Source of the DNA: an uncultured Candidatus Binatia bacterium
GTDB taxonomy: Bacteria; Desulfobacterota; Binatia; UBA9968; CAXXLF01
Direction of reading: 5' to 3'
NCBI GenBank assembly: GCA_965218425.1
Contig: OZ244621.1
Span: 3,872,001-3,936,000, forward strand
Length of the DNA stretch: 64,000 nt
In this document: positions 42,926 to 54,095 of the stretch, piece by piece
How the letters are laid out: each line of letters begins with the position of its first letter
Numbering within the stretch: the first letter of the stretch is position 1
Notes under the pieces: model-generated
Told to the model about the DNA's origin: nothing
What the model saw: the letters and a program-made list of their open reading frames with translations, nothing else
Database searches by the model: none
Program-made: the position numbers and the translations under genes

Positions 42926-43005
42926 TATGGACCTCCTTGTCCTGAGGAAACAAATTCGTCATAAATTTTGTGCCTCGAAGGACAGTTTCGCTGCTGGCCT
43001 TGCGA

Positions 43006-44025
43006 TCAAGTCGCCGCCTCTTCTTTTCTATAGAATCCCAGCTTTGTCATGGCTGGCCAATCATCGATGGAAAATAGTATCGCATCGCCGTCCACGGAGT
43101 TTTCGAGACGGTGCCATTTCCACGCGGGCACCGCAAAGATATCTCCACGATGCCATTCCAACCGCTCGCCTTCGATGATGACGGCACCCTCGCCTTCAAA
43201 CGCAAAGTAAAAGGTGGTGCTATTGTGCCGGTGGGACGAGGTCTTCTGTCTTGCGGACAACAACTGCGCGTGCCAGGCAATGGTAGGCAGGGTGGGGCCT
43301 CCGTCCACGGAGCTGGCCAACATGAGGCGGATCCCTTCGTAGGGGTCCTCTTCTCCAGCTTCCCTGAGCGCTGTGAGTCCGGCCTGGGTCTCTGCCCATG
43401 GATATCGCATCGGCGGAAGAGGATAAGGAGCGTCTGCGGACATGAGGCGGGCGTGGCCACGGGTCCTGATCCCGTATCCTTCGGGTCTTTTGATCTCCTG
43501 GTAGGGGGCCTCGTTAGGAAGTCTCTCGTTTAAGTTCACGCCACCGTTGTATCCGTTGTCGTAGCCGTCAACCCAAATGGCAGGCTTCGTACCTTGATTC
43601 CAATGGTCGTGGAAGGTCCAGGATGGGCTGATAATCACATCCCCTCGCTCCATTGGAAAGGATTCGAACTCGCATACGAAGACCGCCTCCGGTGGGGCCT
43701 GGCAAACCAAGCGTGTCTCACTCCGTGTATTGCGATGGGCTTGGGTCCGCTCCCCCGGCATGAGGATCTGGGCGTTCATCCAGATGGGAAAGCTGCGCGC
43801 CTCGATGCCGGTAACCGACCGCATCCCAATCATACCGTCGGGTCCCACCGTCACAATCTCCCCTGACTTCATCAGACCTTTATAGATGCCCTCCCAGGTC
43901 CAGTGAGCGGCGGTGTTGCCTTTGCGAGGGGGGGGTTGGCCCTCACGTCTGAGCCCCGCGCCGGAGAGGTGGTGTTCCGCGAGAAATCGTTCCAGGTCTT
44001 CCTGTGCTGTGCTTACGTCACTCAC
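43006..44025 (-). CDS. Bicupin, gentisate 1,2-dioxygenase-like
   Basis: QILMPGERTQAHRN, PSWTFHDHWN, GGPTLPTI, SHRHNSTT. Confidence 0.82.
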   Translation of the reverse strand: MSDVSTAQEDLERFLAEHHLSGAGLRREGQPPPRKGNTAAHWTWEGIYKGLMKSGEIVTVGPDGMIGMRSVTGIEARSFPIWMNAQILMPGERTQAHRNTRSETRLVCQAPPEAVFVCEFESFPMERGDVIISPSWTFHDHWNQGTKPAIWVDGYDNGYNGGVNLNERLPNEAPYQEIKRPEGYGIRTRGHARLMSADAPYPLPPMRYPWAETQAGLTALREAGEEDPYEGIRLMLASSVDGGPTLPTIAWHAQLLSARQKTSSHRHNSTTFYFAFEGEGAVIIEGERLEWHRGDIFAVPAWKWHRLENSVDGDAILFSIDDWPAMTKLGFYRKEEAAT

Positions 44026-44062
44026 GCTTAACTCCTTATTGAGTTACTAATCACCCACCGGT

Positions 44063-45244
44063 CTATTTCCCGTCAAGGTGAAAATATTTCACCGCATTGC
44101 TCACCAACATGGCATGTTTTTCATTCTGGGGCACCTCTGCAAAGTCTTGCTCCATCACCTTGATGGAGTTTGGCCACTCGCTCGCGGCATGGGCAAAGTC
44201 AGTGCCCCACAAGAGTTTATCTGTTCCGATGCAGTCGCGGCGGCGCACCCCCACTGGATCGTGCAGGAAACCCCAGTAATTGCGGTCTTTGATATATTCG
44301 CTGGGCTTGCGCTCCAAATATTTGAGCCCCCAGTTTTCATGAATCATGGGCATGTATCGCTCATAGTGGTCATCCACCTGCCATAAACCGAACTCGAGCC
44401 ACCCGATCATGGTCTCCGCCCAGTATATCTTCAGCTTGGGGAAACGGTCCCACACGCCGGCGAAGGCCAACTGGATGACCCCAGCCATGGCATTGTTAGT
44501 GAAGCGGAAGAAAAAATTCAAGGGTTCCTGTTCGTGTACATCCGGGCCCGGTGTCTTCTCGTAAATAAGTGCGGGTTCCCGCCCGGGCGCGCCGCTAAAG
44601 GGCACAATGGGGCTCCCGAGACGGCCATTGGTGTGGTTGGTCAGCGGCATCCTGAGATCCAACGCGGCCGCCCAGAACCGATTGTCCTCCGATGTCGGAA
44701 ATCCCCTAGCGCTAGGAAACTTGTCGAGCTTCACGCCCTTCAGCCCGAGTTTAGCGCAATGCTCGATTTCCCTAATCGCGTCGTCCACCCCGGTGGTGGG
44801 GATGACGCCCATGGGAATCAGGCGATCAGGATCCGCCGCCATGTATTCATCGGCGAGGTACTCGTTGTAGGCGCGGAACAAGTCCCGATACAAATCGTCA
44901 TCCTTAGCCTGCCGCATGACAATTGTGATTTGGGAGAACAGGACCTCCGCATCGATCCCGTCACGGTCCTGTTCCCGCAATCGCTGTTCCGGAGGGCCGG
45001 ACCCGACGGTGTTTTCAAAGGTGGGGACCTCCCTGGCTATATTCTCGTGGGCCACCCCTACGCCCCGAGTGATGCCGATAGTGTTCGGCTTTCCGCCATC
45101 CACCACAATGGCGTCTGAACCGTTGGGCATTTTAACGCGTTTGGGCGCTCTATCCCTCCACTTGGCCGCAACACGGTTCCTCCAAACATCCGGGTTGAAA
45201 TCGATGTGTCCATCCCCAGAGATGACTTTATACTGGCGTGCCAT
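44063..45244 (-). CDS. Amidohydrolase_2 family protein
   Basis: ISGDGH, QDRDGIDAEVLF, GVWDRFPKL, WGTDFAH. Confidence 0.88.
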   Translation of the reverse strand: MARQYKVISGDGHIDFNPDVWRNRVAAKWRDRAPKRVKMPNGSDAIVVDGGKPNTIGITRGVGVAHENIAREVPTFENTVGSGPPEQRLREQDRDGIDAEVLFSQITIVMRQAKDDDLYRDLFRAYNEYLADEYMAADPDRLIPMGVIPTTGVDDAIREIEHCAKLGLKGVKLDKFPSARGFPTSEDNRFWAAALDLRMPLTNHTNGRLGSPIVPFSGAPGREPALIYEKTPGPDVHEQEPLNFFFRFTNNAMAGVIQLAFAGVWDRFPKLKIYWAETMIGWLEFGLWQVDDHYERYMPMIHENWGLKYLERKPSEYIKDRNYWGFLHDPVGVRRRDCIGTDKLLWGTDFAHAASEWPNSIKVMEQDFAEVPQNEKHAMLVSNAVKYFHLDGK

Positions 45245-45348
45245 ATTCGACTCCTCTCGCTGTCAGAAAGTAATATGCTGTTATGGAACTTTCAATCCCT
45301 TTCCTGTATGAGCATTTCATCTTTATCATCGTGCTCTCGCGGTATTCT

Positions 45349-47148
45349 TTACCGTCTACCTATGGCTTGCGGGGTGCGCGGCGTGGCCCCCCCGATCCCG
45401 GCCGCTATATCATGCCGCACGCCGAAGCGCAGGCCGAAGGCCCTGACGATGAGAGCTCCCCCCACCGTCATGGCGATAATAAAAATGCTTATGATGCTCG
45501 CGGCCTCCCGGTTGCTCACGGCCACCGAAGACAACTCCAGCGCCAAAAGCGACAAGGTCATGGTGTCCCGAGAAGCAAGCAAGACGATGCTGGCGGTGGT
45601 CCCAGCCGCAATAACAAAATTCATAACTGCCAACAGAATCAGGCTAGGCATCAGCAACGGAACCCAAATGCAAAAGTAAGTTCTGATCCACCCGGCTCCA
45701 GACACGCGCGCCGCCTCCTCCATGTCTGTCCCCACCTGGACGAATATGGATTTCATAAGGTTGACCCCTGTGGTTTTTCCCTGAATGATCACCACAAGGA
45801 TCAGCACCCAGATAGTCCCGAAGAGAAAGTTGAGCACCGGGGTGCTTAGGAAAAGCCACAGGAGCCCCAAGCCAGATAGGATGCCGGGGATGGACGAGGA
45901 GGTCCAAATCATCAGGTCCAGTAGCCCACGACCCGGCAACCGTGTTCGGACCAAAATATAAGCGAGGACTGAGAAAAAAAATGGGCTGGCGATGGCAGCG
46001 GTGAGACTGATAATCAATGTGGTGCGTAGCGCTTTCAGGAATACAGGATCGGCCAGGACCAGCCTCCAGTGGTCGAGGGTAAAGCCAAGCACAAAGTAAC
46101 CGAATCTGGTCATGAAGCTGCCAAATTCCAGTACGCACAATGGCCCGATGGTCAAAAGCACCAGAAGGCACCCGATGAGAGCGAAGGTAACGTAGTTCCA
46201 CGGGCCGAGATCCACAAGGCCGGGGCGAAAGCTGCCGGTAATCGTCGTGTACCGTCGCCTTTGCAGGATCCAGCGTTGCAGGGGAATGATAACGGCGATC
46301 ACAAGCATGGTAATGCTCGCCAGAACGGTTGCCTCACCATAATTGGGAATTTCATTTCGGACAAGCGCATAGATCTTCGTCGAGTAGACAAAGAAGCCAA
46401 AGGGCATCCCCAACAGGAACTCGGTCTCAAAGGAGGTGAACACCCGCAGCAGTTGAAGGGCAAAGACCAGGATCATGGGTGAAATCATCAGGGGGAGCGT
46501 GACTTTGAACATGGTCCTCAGGTTGCTGGCACCGCTCACTCGTGCGGCCTCCTCCAAACTGGCATCCATGTTGCGGAAGGCGGGGGTTAAAAGCATAACT
46601 TTGATGGCAATGCCATTGCCCATCAGGTTTGCCTAGACGATACCCGAGACGCTGAATATGTTAAATGGACCTTGCTCGATAAATGGAAGCTTGGTGAGGG
46701 CCGTGTTGATCAGACCGATGTCCGGATCCAACAGGGTGATCCATGCAATGGTGGTAGGAAGGCTAGGAATCATGTAAGCAATCCAAAACAGAAACTCCAA
46801 GGAATGACTGAAAGGAACCTTAGTTCGCGCGAGAATCCAAGCGATGCCCACCCCGACGGGAAAGCTGGTCAGCATGGTCAAGGCCCAGATGAGGATGGAG
46901 TTTCCCAGAGAACGGAGCAAACCCGGTCGCTCGAATGCGTTTTGCCAGTGGCTCAACCCCCATACCCGGGGTTCGACGAACCAATCCGTAGCCGCATTGA
47001 AGCTATTGATCAGCAGCAGCAGGATTGGCCAGACAAGAAAGTAACCCAGGGACAACAGCAAGACGACCATAACGAAATGTCCGGCCCCCGGGCGAGGGAG
47101 ACTTGCCCGTACAACTGGTATGGCTCTGGCAACAGTAGAGTGCTCCAC
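45349..47148 (-). pseudogene. ABC permease (FbpB-like) with one in-frame TAG at 46633-46635
   Basis: ORFs 46633-47148 and 45349-46623 are in frame: SGIV*ANLMGN versus GGIVWVHLMGN in the paralogue at 63170. Confidence 0.85.
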
Positions 47149-47229
47149 GGGATTCCCTCTCAGTCCTGCCCTAGCGCTTGATAGGGTCTGCTATGTGAGC
47201 TTTTGGAACGCCTCCTGCGGTCTGTTCTT

Positions 47230-48378
47230 TTAACGTTGCCGTTTCTCCCAAACCTTCATGACCCATTTTGGGACTTTTTCTTGCTGAGCACCGAAGCCAG
47301 GTTCAGCGTCTGGGAATCGGTATTTCACACCCGACTCGCGTCGCTGATCGGGTGTGACTTCGCCAAACGGGATATCATTTCGCAGGGACATTCGTTCGAG
47401 GAATGGGATCTTGGTGTGGGTCAAGGTCTGTCCTTCCTTCGACAGGAACCAGTTCACGAAGAGCTTGGCGGCGTTTGGGTGGGGGGCCTTGGTAAACACT
47501 GAAATACAGCAACCGGACCCTGTTGCCTCCAAGATGCTCCTTTGTTTTGGCAGCCATACCCTTTTGACCGGTAGTCCTTTCCTCGCCAGAAAGGTAAGTT
47601 CACGACTGTTGGAAGGAAGGGGCTGAAGCGGGAATCTCCCTCCCACGAGCCATGTTTCCAGTATTCTTCGGTTATCCGAGAAGGTCACTCCCGCCTCAAG
47701 AAGGTAGGTCTGCACCCATTTCGGTCCCCGGTCTGGCTCGAAGTAGGCATCCACCATGGACCGAATCCCTGCGGGGTCACCCATCGCTTGACCCGAGATC
47801 TTCCCTTTCCACCGTGGGTCGAAAAAGTCTCCCTATTTCTGGATGGTTGCTATCTCCCCTTCTTTAATCTTTGCGCTGTTGTACCAAAAATCGTACTTAT
47901 TCTCCTGTTTCGCGTGGTAGATAAACGTGTACTTTAATGCCTTGTCGCCGTACCAGTGTTGATTCTGGTACCATTTAGAAGCATCCAGTATCTCGGGATG
48001 AATGAGCAAGGGGCGGAGGGGAACCAAGGAATTCGAGGGGACAAGTCTCTGGTTGTTCACACGTACACTGATCAAAGCCACATCCACCGTGTATCTCCTG
48101 GCCCGCCGCTCGGCGAGCACCCGGTTTGTGGTGGAGGTTGCATTTCCCGAGGAAATCTCAACTTTAATACCATACTTCTTCTGAAAAACATCCGTGATGG
48201 GCCGGTAGGTCCGCGAGGGCTGGCCACCGGCGGCAATGGCAACCGTCCCTTCCTTCTGCGCCGCTGCAATGAGCTGGTCCCACTCCTGACCGGCACCGTT
48301 CGCTTCCAGTGGCACAAGTATTAGAAAAACAAGCCAAGAGTTGAGCGTTAAAAAACCTAAAAGTTTTTTCATTATCAT
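47230..48378 (-). pseudogene. ABC substrate-binding protein with one in-frame TAG at 47833-47835
   Basis: AAAQKEGTV...IQK*GDFFDPRWKGKI...APHPNAAKLFVNWFLSKEGQ; both halves in the same frame. Confidence 0.85.
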
Positions 48379-48559
48379 CGCCTCCTTCTGAAACTTATTT
48401 CTAAACTTCCTTTGAAACGCCTATGACCATGGACTTCATCATATGCAATGACTCTGTCATTGATATCTCGGTTGCCGGCACCGAGCCTGTTTGAAACCGA
48501 ATATCTCTTTCACCGGAATTTTCCCATAGCACCTCCGTTGCGCCGTATAGAGACAAGAG

Positions 48560-49496
48560 TCAGGTCCCAGGCAGGGCAGCCGCCTCAGGGTGGAAAAAAC
48601 TCTCGTAATCGACCCGGTCCGGTGTCACCCCCTGCTGATGGGCAAACTGGGTCATGGCTTCAAGGGCGCGCCGGTTGTTTTCGATGTTGTAGGCCCAATA
48701 GTTCTCTCCCATCAACGCCCGCTGCTGGTCCAGCAAAGCACTTGCCCAAGAGAGCAATAAAATCTGTGGATCCGATCCCTGGATCCGGTCAAAGGCCACG
48801 TTGCGTGCCGTGCGGTAGGCCTTCAGGAGGGCCACGGGTGCGTCAGGGTGCTGGTGGACGGAACTCCCGGGACAACGTCACAATGTGGCTGATGGGGAAG
48901 ATGCCAGTCTCCTTGAAGTAGGTTTGCTCTTCGGTCTTGTAATCACGAAAGAGCCGGCGCACCCGTGGATCCTTCCTGGATATGGAGGGCAACACGTTCG
49001 GTTCAATGATTGCATCCAGCGCCCCCTCCACCAGCAGGGTGTCGCTGTTCCCGCCTTTGGGCCAGTTGTCGATCCGGATGCTTGGGGCTACTGGGGTTTC
49101 CTTGGGGCTCGGTGCAAACCATTGCACACGAGTGAGGTCCACTCCATAGTAGTTCTGCAGGGCGCCTTTCGCCCACATGCAGGCGGTGTTCCCCCAACTG
49201 GAGATGCCCACACGTTTGCCTTCAAGGTCGCGTGGGGATTCGATGCCCGCCGCATCGTTGACAAAGATATAGGACAACCGGAACTTGCGGTTGGAAAAGG
49301 CAGGGATGGAGACGTAGTGAATGCCTTGCACTTTGCCCCGCACAAGCGACCCAAAGCCGGCGTCCCAGGCATCGGTGTCACCCTGGGAGACCATCTCCAA
49401 CTCGAACCCTTCCACCTTGACCGTCCCATCGGTGATGGGCATGTTAATGTCGGTGGTGGCCTCCCGGCAACGGAAGCGGAGCTTTGGATTGGCCAT
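48560..49496 (-). pseudogene. Second dihydroxyphthalate decarboxylase-like gene, +1 frameshift near 48860
   Basis: Paralogue of 41972-42925; removing one C restores EFVHQHPDAPVALLKAYR (compare EFVNKHPEAPVALLKAYR). Confidence 0.82.
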
Positions 49497-49531
49497 CTTT
49501 AAACAGCAATTAATTTTTGCATTGAGACATT

Positions 49532-49903
49532 TTATTTATCCAGCCATACATGGTTTAAACCACCTCCCCAGGGACGAAAGTCACCCGAACTGCTGGTAGT
49601 AAAACCCTTGACATAGTCACGAAAGGCGAAAATCCTGGGTGCATAGCCAATGGCGATTCTGGACACATCTGCATTTGCCCTGGTGACTATCTGTTTTATT
49701 AGCTTTCTTCTCTTTTCCGGGTCTATCTCAACTGCGGCAGCGTTAAGTAGTCCATCCATTTCCTCATTGCAATAACCCGACTCATATCTAACCCTCTTGA
49801 CCTTTCTTTCCGGCTCGCACCGCAAGGCCTCATAGGCTTGCAGAGGATCTATGTCAAATCCCCCACCAGTGAATTTAACGGCGTCGACCCCTGCGGTGAG
49901 CAT
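49532..49903 (-). pseudogene. C-terminal fragment of a peptide/nickel (family 5) substrate-binding protein
   Basis: SGYCNEEMDGLL...DPEKRRKL...RDYVKGF...VWLDK; N-terminus missing. Confidence 0.6.
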
Positions 49904-49982
49904 CGAGGGCTGCGCCTGCGATTCGAAATATTCCCATTCGTATCAATAGCCGTTTTGTTGTGTCTAATACGCAGACCACGAA

Positions 49983-51083
49983 TTACTTCTGCGTACAGAG
50001 GGGATGGTAGGGCATCTGGCACTTTGCTCCTGCTTTGGCAAGCGCCGCCTCAAAGTCCGGATGGATATTGGTATCCTCATCCTCATATTCGATCTGGTCA
50101 CCACCCTCTTTGACGCTTTTGTATACGTAAGCTTTGCCACCGGCCTTGGGTTTATCGCTCCCCCACCCAATGGCTAAAAATAGAACCGGCTCATTGCCGG
50201 TATTAAAATGCTCATGGAACCAGGCCTCGGGAGGAACAAACATGCTCCCCGGGCCCCAATCGATGCGCTCCACAGGCTTCCCCTCTAGCCACATGAGAGA
50301 GTAGCCCTGGCCGCGCAGAATTACGATATGAATTCCCGGTCCGTGCCGGTGGGCCTTCTTGTAGGTCCCCACAGGCCAGGAAGAACTGTGGGACTTGATT
50401 GTATTGTTGACCAAACAAAAGACTGTGCTCTTGGTCCCCTTGCCCCTCGTTTCTCCGCCACCAACCATGGCGCAGCTTTTCACGTCCGGCACAAAGTTCG
50501 TCTCCCAGCGAGACTGATTGGCTAATTGGTCTTTCATTTGAAAGTAGTTTGCCTCGCCGGTGAATCGATCTCGAAACACGAACGGGTTGTCAAAGACAAA
50601 TTCATGGTTGTTGAATGTGTCCAGTACTCGGGGGGCGCTTGTCATGGCCACATACCGGACGGGCTCACCACCGGATACGTTGAAGTGTTGATGCCAGGCG
50701 TTCATTGGAATCGCAAAAAAGCTCCCCTCTTGCCACTCAAAACTCTGCTTCTTGTTCTCGTCCAACCAGACGCTTGTGGCTCCCTGGCCCTTGAGGATAT
50801 AGATGCTCTCCTCAAAGAGATGTTTGTGGGGTTTCAGGGATTTCCCGGGAGGAATTTCACAGATATAAGTGTCGTTAAATCCCCCAGTCCCCTCCAGGTT
50901 AACGAAGGTCGCAAGCCCATCGCCGCTCGATTTCCAAGGTGTGAGCTCTACGTCCAATAGATTTTTGATGAAATATCCCCGAATGGTTGGCAACCCTTCC
51001 GACTCTTTCCATCGTTCGTAGGGAGATTTATAGGCGATAGCCTCCGTGTTGTATTCATCCACTTTCAAATTTGGTTTTGCCAT
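49983..51083 (-). CDS. Bicupin protein (here type A)
   Basis: CEIPPGKSLKPHKHLFEE..WHQHFN; GTYKKAHRHGPG..WFHEHFN. Confidence 0.82.
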   Translation of the reverse strand: MAKPNLKVDEYNTEAIAYKSPYERWKESEGLPTIRGYFIKNLLDVELTPWKSSGDGLATFVNLEGTGGFNDTYICEIPPGKSLKPHKHLFEESIYILKGQGATSVWLDENKKQSFEWQEGSFFAIPMNAWHQHFNVSGGEPVRYVAMTSAPRVLDTFNNHEFVFDNPFVFRDRFTGEANYFQMKDQLANQSRWETNFVPDVKSCAMVGGGETRGKGTKSTVFCLVNNTIKSHSSSWPVGTYKKAHRHGPGIHIVILRGQGYSLMWLEGKPVERIDWGPGSMFVPPEAWFHEHFNTGNEPVLFLAIGWGSDKPKAGGKAYVYKSVKEGGDQIEYEDEDTNIHPDFEAALAKAGAKCQMPYHPLCTQK

Positions 51084-51109
51084 CCTTTCAATCCCCCTTG
51101 AATATCAGA

Positions 51110-51805
51110 TTAAGGTAAGGCCGGTCCCTCAACGGCCAACATGGCGGTGGCAATGGCGCCGCGAAACGCCCGATCCAGGACCAGACCGTCCTCTGTGGCA
51201 CGTAATACGCTCTTCGCAGTGGTTTCATCCGTCACATGCCGCTCAAAAATGGGTTCAAAAATATCTGAATGTTCGATATCGGCCACTGCGTGCACTCGGG
51301 TTCCGGAGTCAATGGTGGGCTCGGGACTCCCGAGCTCTGTTACCCGCTTCTTGACCCACCGTTCCATGAGGCCACCGCCATGAACAACCTGTCCATTGTT
51401 ACGGCGCTCCAAAATATGCGAATAAACCAGTCCTTCCAGCCAGGGTTTTTCCCGGGCGCAGTAAAGCCATGCGTAGAACAGCGCCCTCGCCCCCGGCGAG
51501 AGCTTAGATTCGTCATTGGTGGCAAGATCAGACTCAGCGACGTGGGCCTTGCCCATTCTCTCATCGAAAATGAGCTCTTCCTTTTCGTGTTCCCAGATGG
51601 CCCGCTTCACATCCAGCGGCGCTTTGGATTGAACCGCCGCCCAGCAGTCCCGGCGATTGTTTGAATAGTAGGTCATGTGCACGTTGTGAATCTCCAATCG
51701 CGCAGGGGTGAGCGGAACGGACAAGAGAAGCCTGAACTCAGGCGTCTCGAACTGCTGGTTCACCATTTCATCCAACTGCGTACGTACTTTGGGCCAAAGA
51801 CTCAC
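51110..51805 (-). CDS. Heme-oxygenase-like/PqqC-like iron-containing redox protein
   Basis: Helical about 230 aa with spaced ligand candidates HEKEE..H, LERR, HAVADIEH. Confidence 0.6.
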   Translation of the reverse strand: MSLWPKVRTQLDEMVNQQFETPEFRLLLSVPLTPARLEIHNVHMTYYSNNRRDCWAAVQSKAPLDVKRAIWEHEKEELIFDERMGKAHVAESDLATNDESKLSPGARALFYAWLYCAREKPWLEGLVYSHILERRNNGQVVHGGGLMERWVKKRVTELGSPEPTIDSGTRVHAVADIEHSDIFEPIFERHVTDETTAKSVLRATEDGLVLDRAFRGAIATAMLAVEGPALP

Positions 51806-51840
51806 TCTTTCACCTCGCTAAAAATTTTGACGATACGGCT

Positions 51841-52830
51841 TTACCGCTTTTCCTCCCGATAAAGGCCCAGCGAAACCATGGAGGGCCAGTCGGTGATGGA
51901 AAAAAGGAGGCTATCCTCGTCCCTCCTGTTCCCGTGTTCGTGCCAGTTCCACGGGGGCACCATGAAAATATCCCCCTCTTCCCATTCGAATCTTTCGTCG
52001 TTAACCACGGTGGTGCCCCGTCCACGAAAGGCCTGGTAAACGGTGGTGCTCGTATGGCGGTGAGATCGGGTCTTCTCATCGGGTCTGAGCAACTGGATCT
52101 CACAGGAAAAAGTAGGCAACGTGGGCCCCCCATTGAAAGGGTTAACGTACTGCAATCGTATGCCGTCAAAAGGATCGCCTTCGCCCTCCTTGAGAGTCAA
52201 CAGGGTTGGATAGGTGTCGTCCCAACGGTAACGGAACGGGGGGGAAACGTATTCGTTCTTTATCCAGCTTGGCCGAGCGTAACCCAACGTCTTGGAGGAA
52301 TAGCCGTCCGGTTTCTCCACGGGTTGTCGATCCTGCTTATAGGGTTCCCCAAACATCCCGCCCATATAACTCACTAGACGCACGTCCAGGCCATCGAGCC
52401 AGATAATGGGCTCGTCGGAGCCGTTGAAGTGGTCGTGCCATGTCCAGTTTGGCGTGGTAATGAGATCCCCCTCTTCCATAGGGAAACACTCCCCCTCGAC
52501 AATGGTAAAGCCTTTGGGTGTTCCTTTGAGGACATACCGAATCGCCGCGGCCACATGACGATGGGCCGTGGCGATCTCCCCGGGCTTCACCAACTGGACG
52601 GAAAGGTGAATCGTATTGCTCATCCCCGCTTCCATGCTCGGATTTCGCAACTGGATGGTCCTTCTCCCGGTTTGATCCATGGGGACCACCTCCGCCGCCG
52701 TTTGCAGCCCTTCGTAGATCTCAGACCATTTCCATAAATAAGGCTTGATGGGTGTGGCGCGGTGATCTCGGTTCCAGTGACCGTTCAGGTTTCTTTCCTT
52801 AAGCCACTCATTCAAATCCGCCATGTCCAT
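51841..52830 (-). CDS. Bicupin, gentisate 1,2-dioxygenase-like (type B)
   Basis: PYLWKW, PGEIATAHRHVAAAIR, PNWTWHDH, WLDGLD, SHRHTS, WHEH. Confidence 0.87.
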   Translation of the reverse strand: MDMADLNEWLKERNLNGHWNRDHRATPIKPYLWKWSEIYEGLQTAAEVVPMDQTGRRTIQLRNPSMEAGMSNTIHLSVQLVKPGEIATAHRHVAAAIRYVLKGTPKGFTIVEGECFPMEEGDLITTPNWTWHDHFNGSDEPIIWLDGLDVRLVSYMGGMFGEPYKQDRQPVEKPDGYSSKTLGYARPSWIKNEYVSPPFRYRWDDTYPTLLTLKEGEGDPFDGIRLQYVNPFNGGPTLPTFSCEIQLLRPDEKTRSHRHTSTTVYQAFRGRGTTVVNDERFEWEEGDIFMVPPWNWHEHGNRRDEDSLLFSITDWPSMVSLGLYREEKR

Positions 52831-52878
52831 AACAATCCCCTCCCTTTCGTTGCAGCCTACGCAGTTTCCATCTGTAAA

Positions 52879-54021
52879 CTATTTACCATTTGAAATCCTG
52901 TAGAGGTTCGCCGCGTTCTCGTACAGGATCTTATGGCGCTCAGGGTCCGGCACCCCTGCAAAACTCCGAGCAATGTAGTCCCGGCTACTGGGCCAGGTGG
53001 ACGTGGCCAATGGAAAGTTTGTGGACCACATCACATTATCCGTTCCAATGAAACGCCGGGATTGAACTCCCGCACGATCATACCAACCCACCAGGTAACA
53101 CTGCCGCTTGAACATCTCTGAGGGTTTCAGCTCGTACCCCTCATTTTTCAGCCCATCTTCCCTGGCCTGATGATCGACATACTCCAGAAGGTAGGAGCCC
53201 CAGCCGAGAGTGCTCTCCACGAACACCACCTTCAGCTGGGGAAACCGCGTCAGAATACGGGAGATGAGAAAGTCCACCAGGATTGAAATACTGCTCGCCG
53301 ATCGTGTGATGGATTCAAAGGCTCCGGACAATATTGGTGAATAGCCCTCGTGGGGTTCAATCTGAATCTTACTCGATGCCCCGGCATGGAGGCACAGCGG
53401 TACTTCAAGCTCCTGACAGGTGCCCCAGATAGGGTCATAGACGGATTCGTTTAAGTGAGGGAGATCACGGAGCTCCATGGGAACTGAAGGAAACACAACC
53501 CCTCGATGCCCCTTGGCCACGGCGCGCTTGATCTCTTGAACGGCGGCCTCCACGGGGGCAAGGGGCACGATACACTGAGGTATGAAACGCTCGCTTTTGC
53601 TGGACCATTCCTCAATCAGCCAGTCATTGTATGCCCGCACGCAAGCCAACTCGAACTGCGCATCTTCGATTCGACCAAAGGTTTCACCTGCCATGCCGGC
53701 CACAGTGGGATACAAAACAGAGCAATCCACTCCGTCCGCATCCATAATCTTGAGACGTTCATCAGGCTTATAGGTTACCTCGGGTACTTCCTCCCAGCAC
53801 CGGGGCTTATGGGTCCGATCACGCATGGCAGCACCCACTGAGGCTACACCGGTCAGGGGATAGGACCGTCCGTCGACGACCCAATGCTCGGTCCCATCCG
53901 CCTGGGGTTCAACATGTGGAATGCGCCCGCCCCACTTGGTTTTCGATAAACGCTGGGTCCAAACCTCCGGGTGTTCCAGCACATGGTCATCAACGCTGAT
54001 AAAGCCGTACTTCGTCTTCAT
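52879..54021 (-). CDS. Amidohydrolase_2 family protein, variant active site
   Basis: ISVDDH, MDADGVDCSVLYP, AYNDWL, C-terminal WSTNFPL. Confidence 0.85.
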   Translation of the reverse strand: MKTKYGFISVDDHVLEHPEVWTQRLSKTKWGGRIPHVEPQADGTEHWVVDGRSYPLTGVASVGAAMRDRTHKPRCWEEVPEVTYKPDERLKIMDADGVDCSVLYPTVAGMAGETFGRIEDAQFELACVRAYNDWLIEEWSSKSERFIPQCIVPLAPVEAAVQEIKRAVAKGHRGVVFPSVPMELRDLPHLNESVYDPIWGTCQELEVPLCLHAGASSKIQIEPHEGYSPILSGAFESITRSASSISILVDFLISRILTRFPQLKVVFVESTLGWGSYLLEYVDHQAREDGLKNEGYELKPSEMFKRQCYLVGWYDRAGVQSRRFIGTDNVMWSTNFPLATSTWPSSRDYIARSFAGVPDPERHKILYENAANLYRISNGK

Positions 54022-54095
54022 GCTTTAATGCTCCACTAAGTCACGCCTCTGGATCCGTTGAGTCGCGTTTAAGGCCTTTCAGCCTCCAGCACCGA

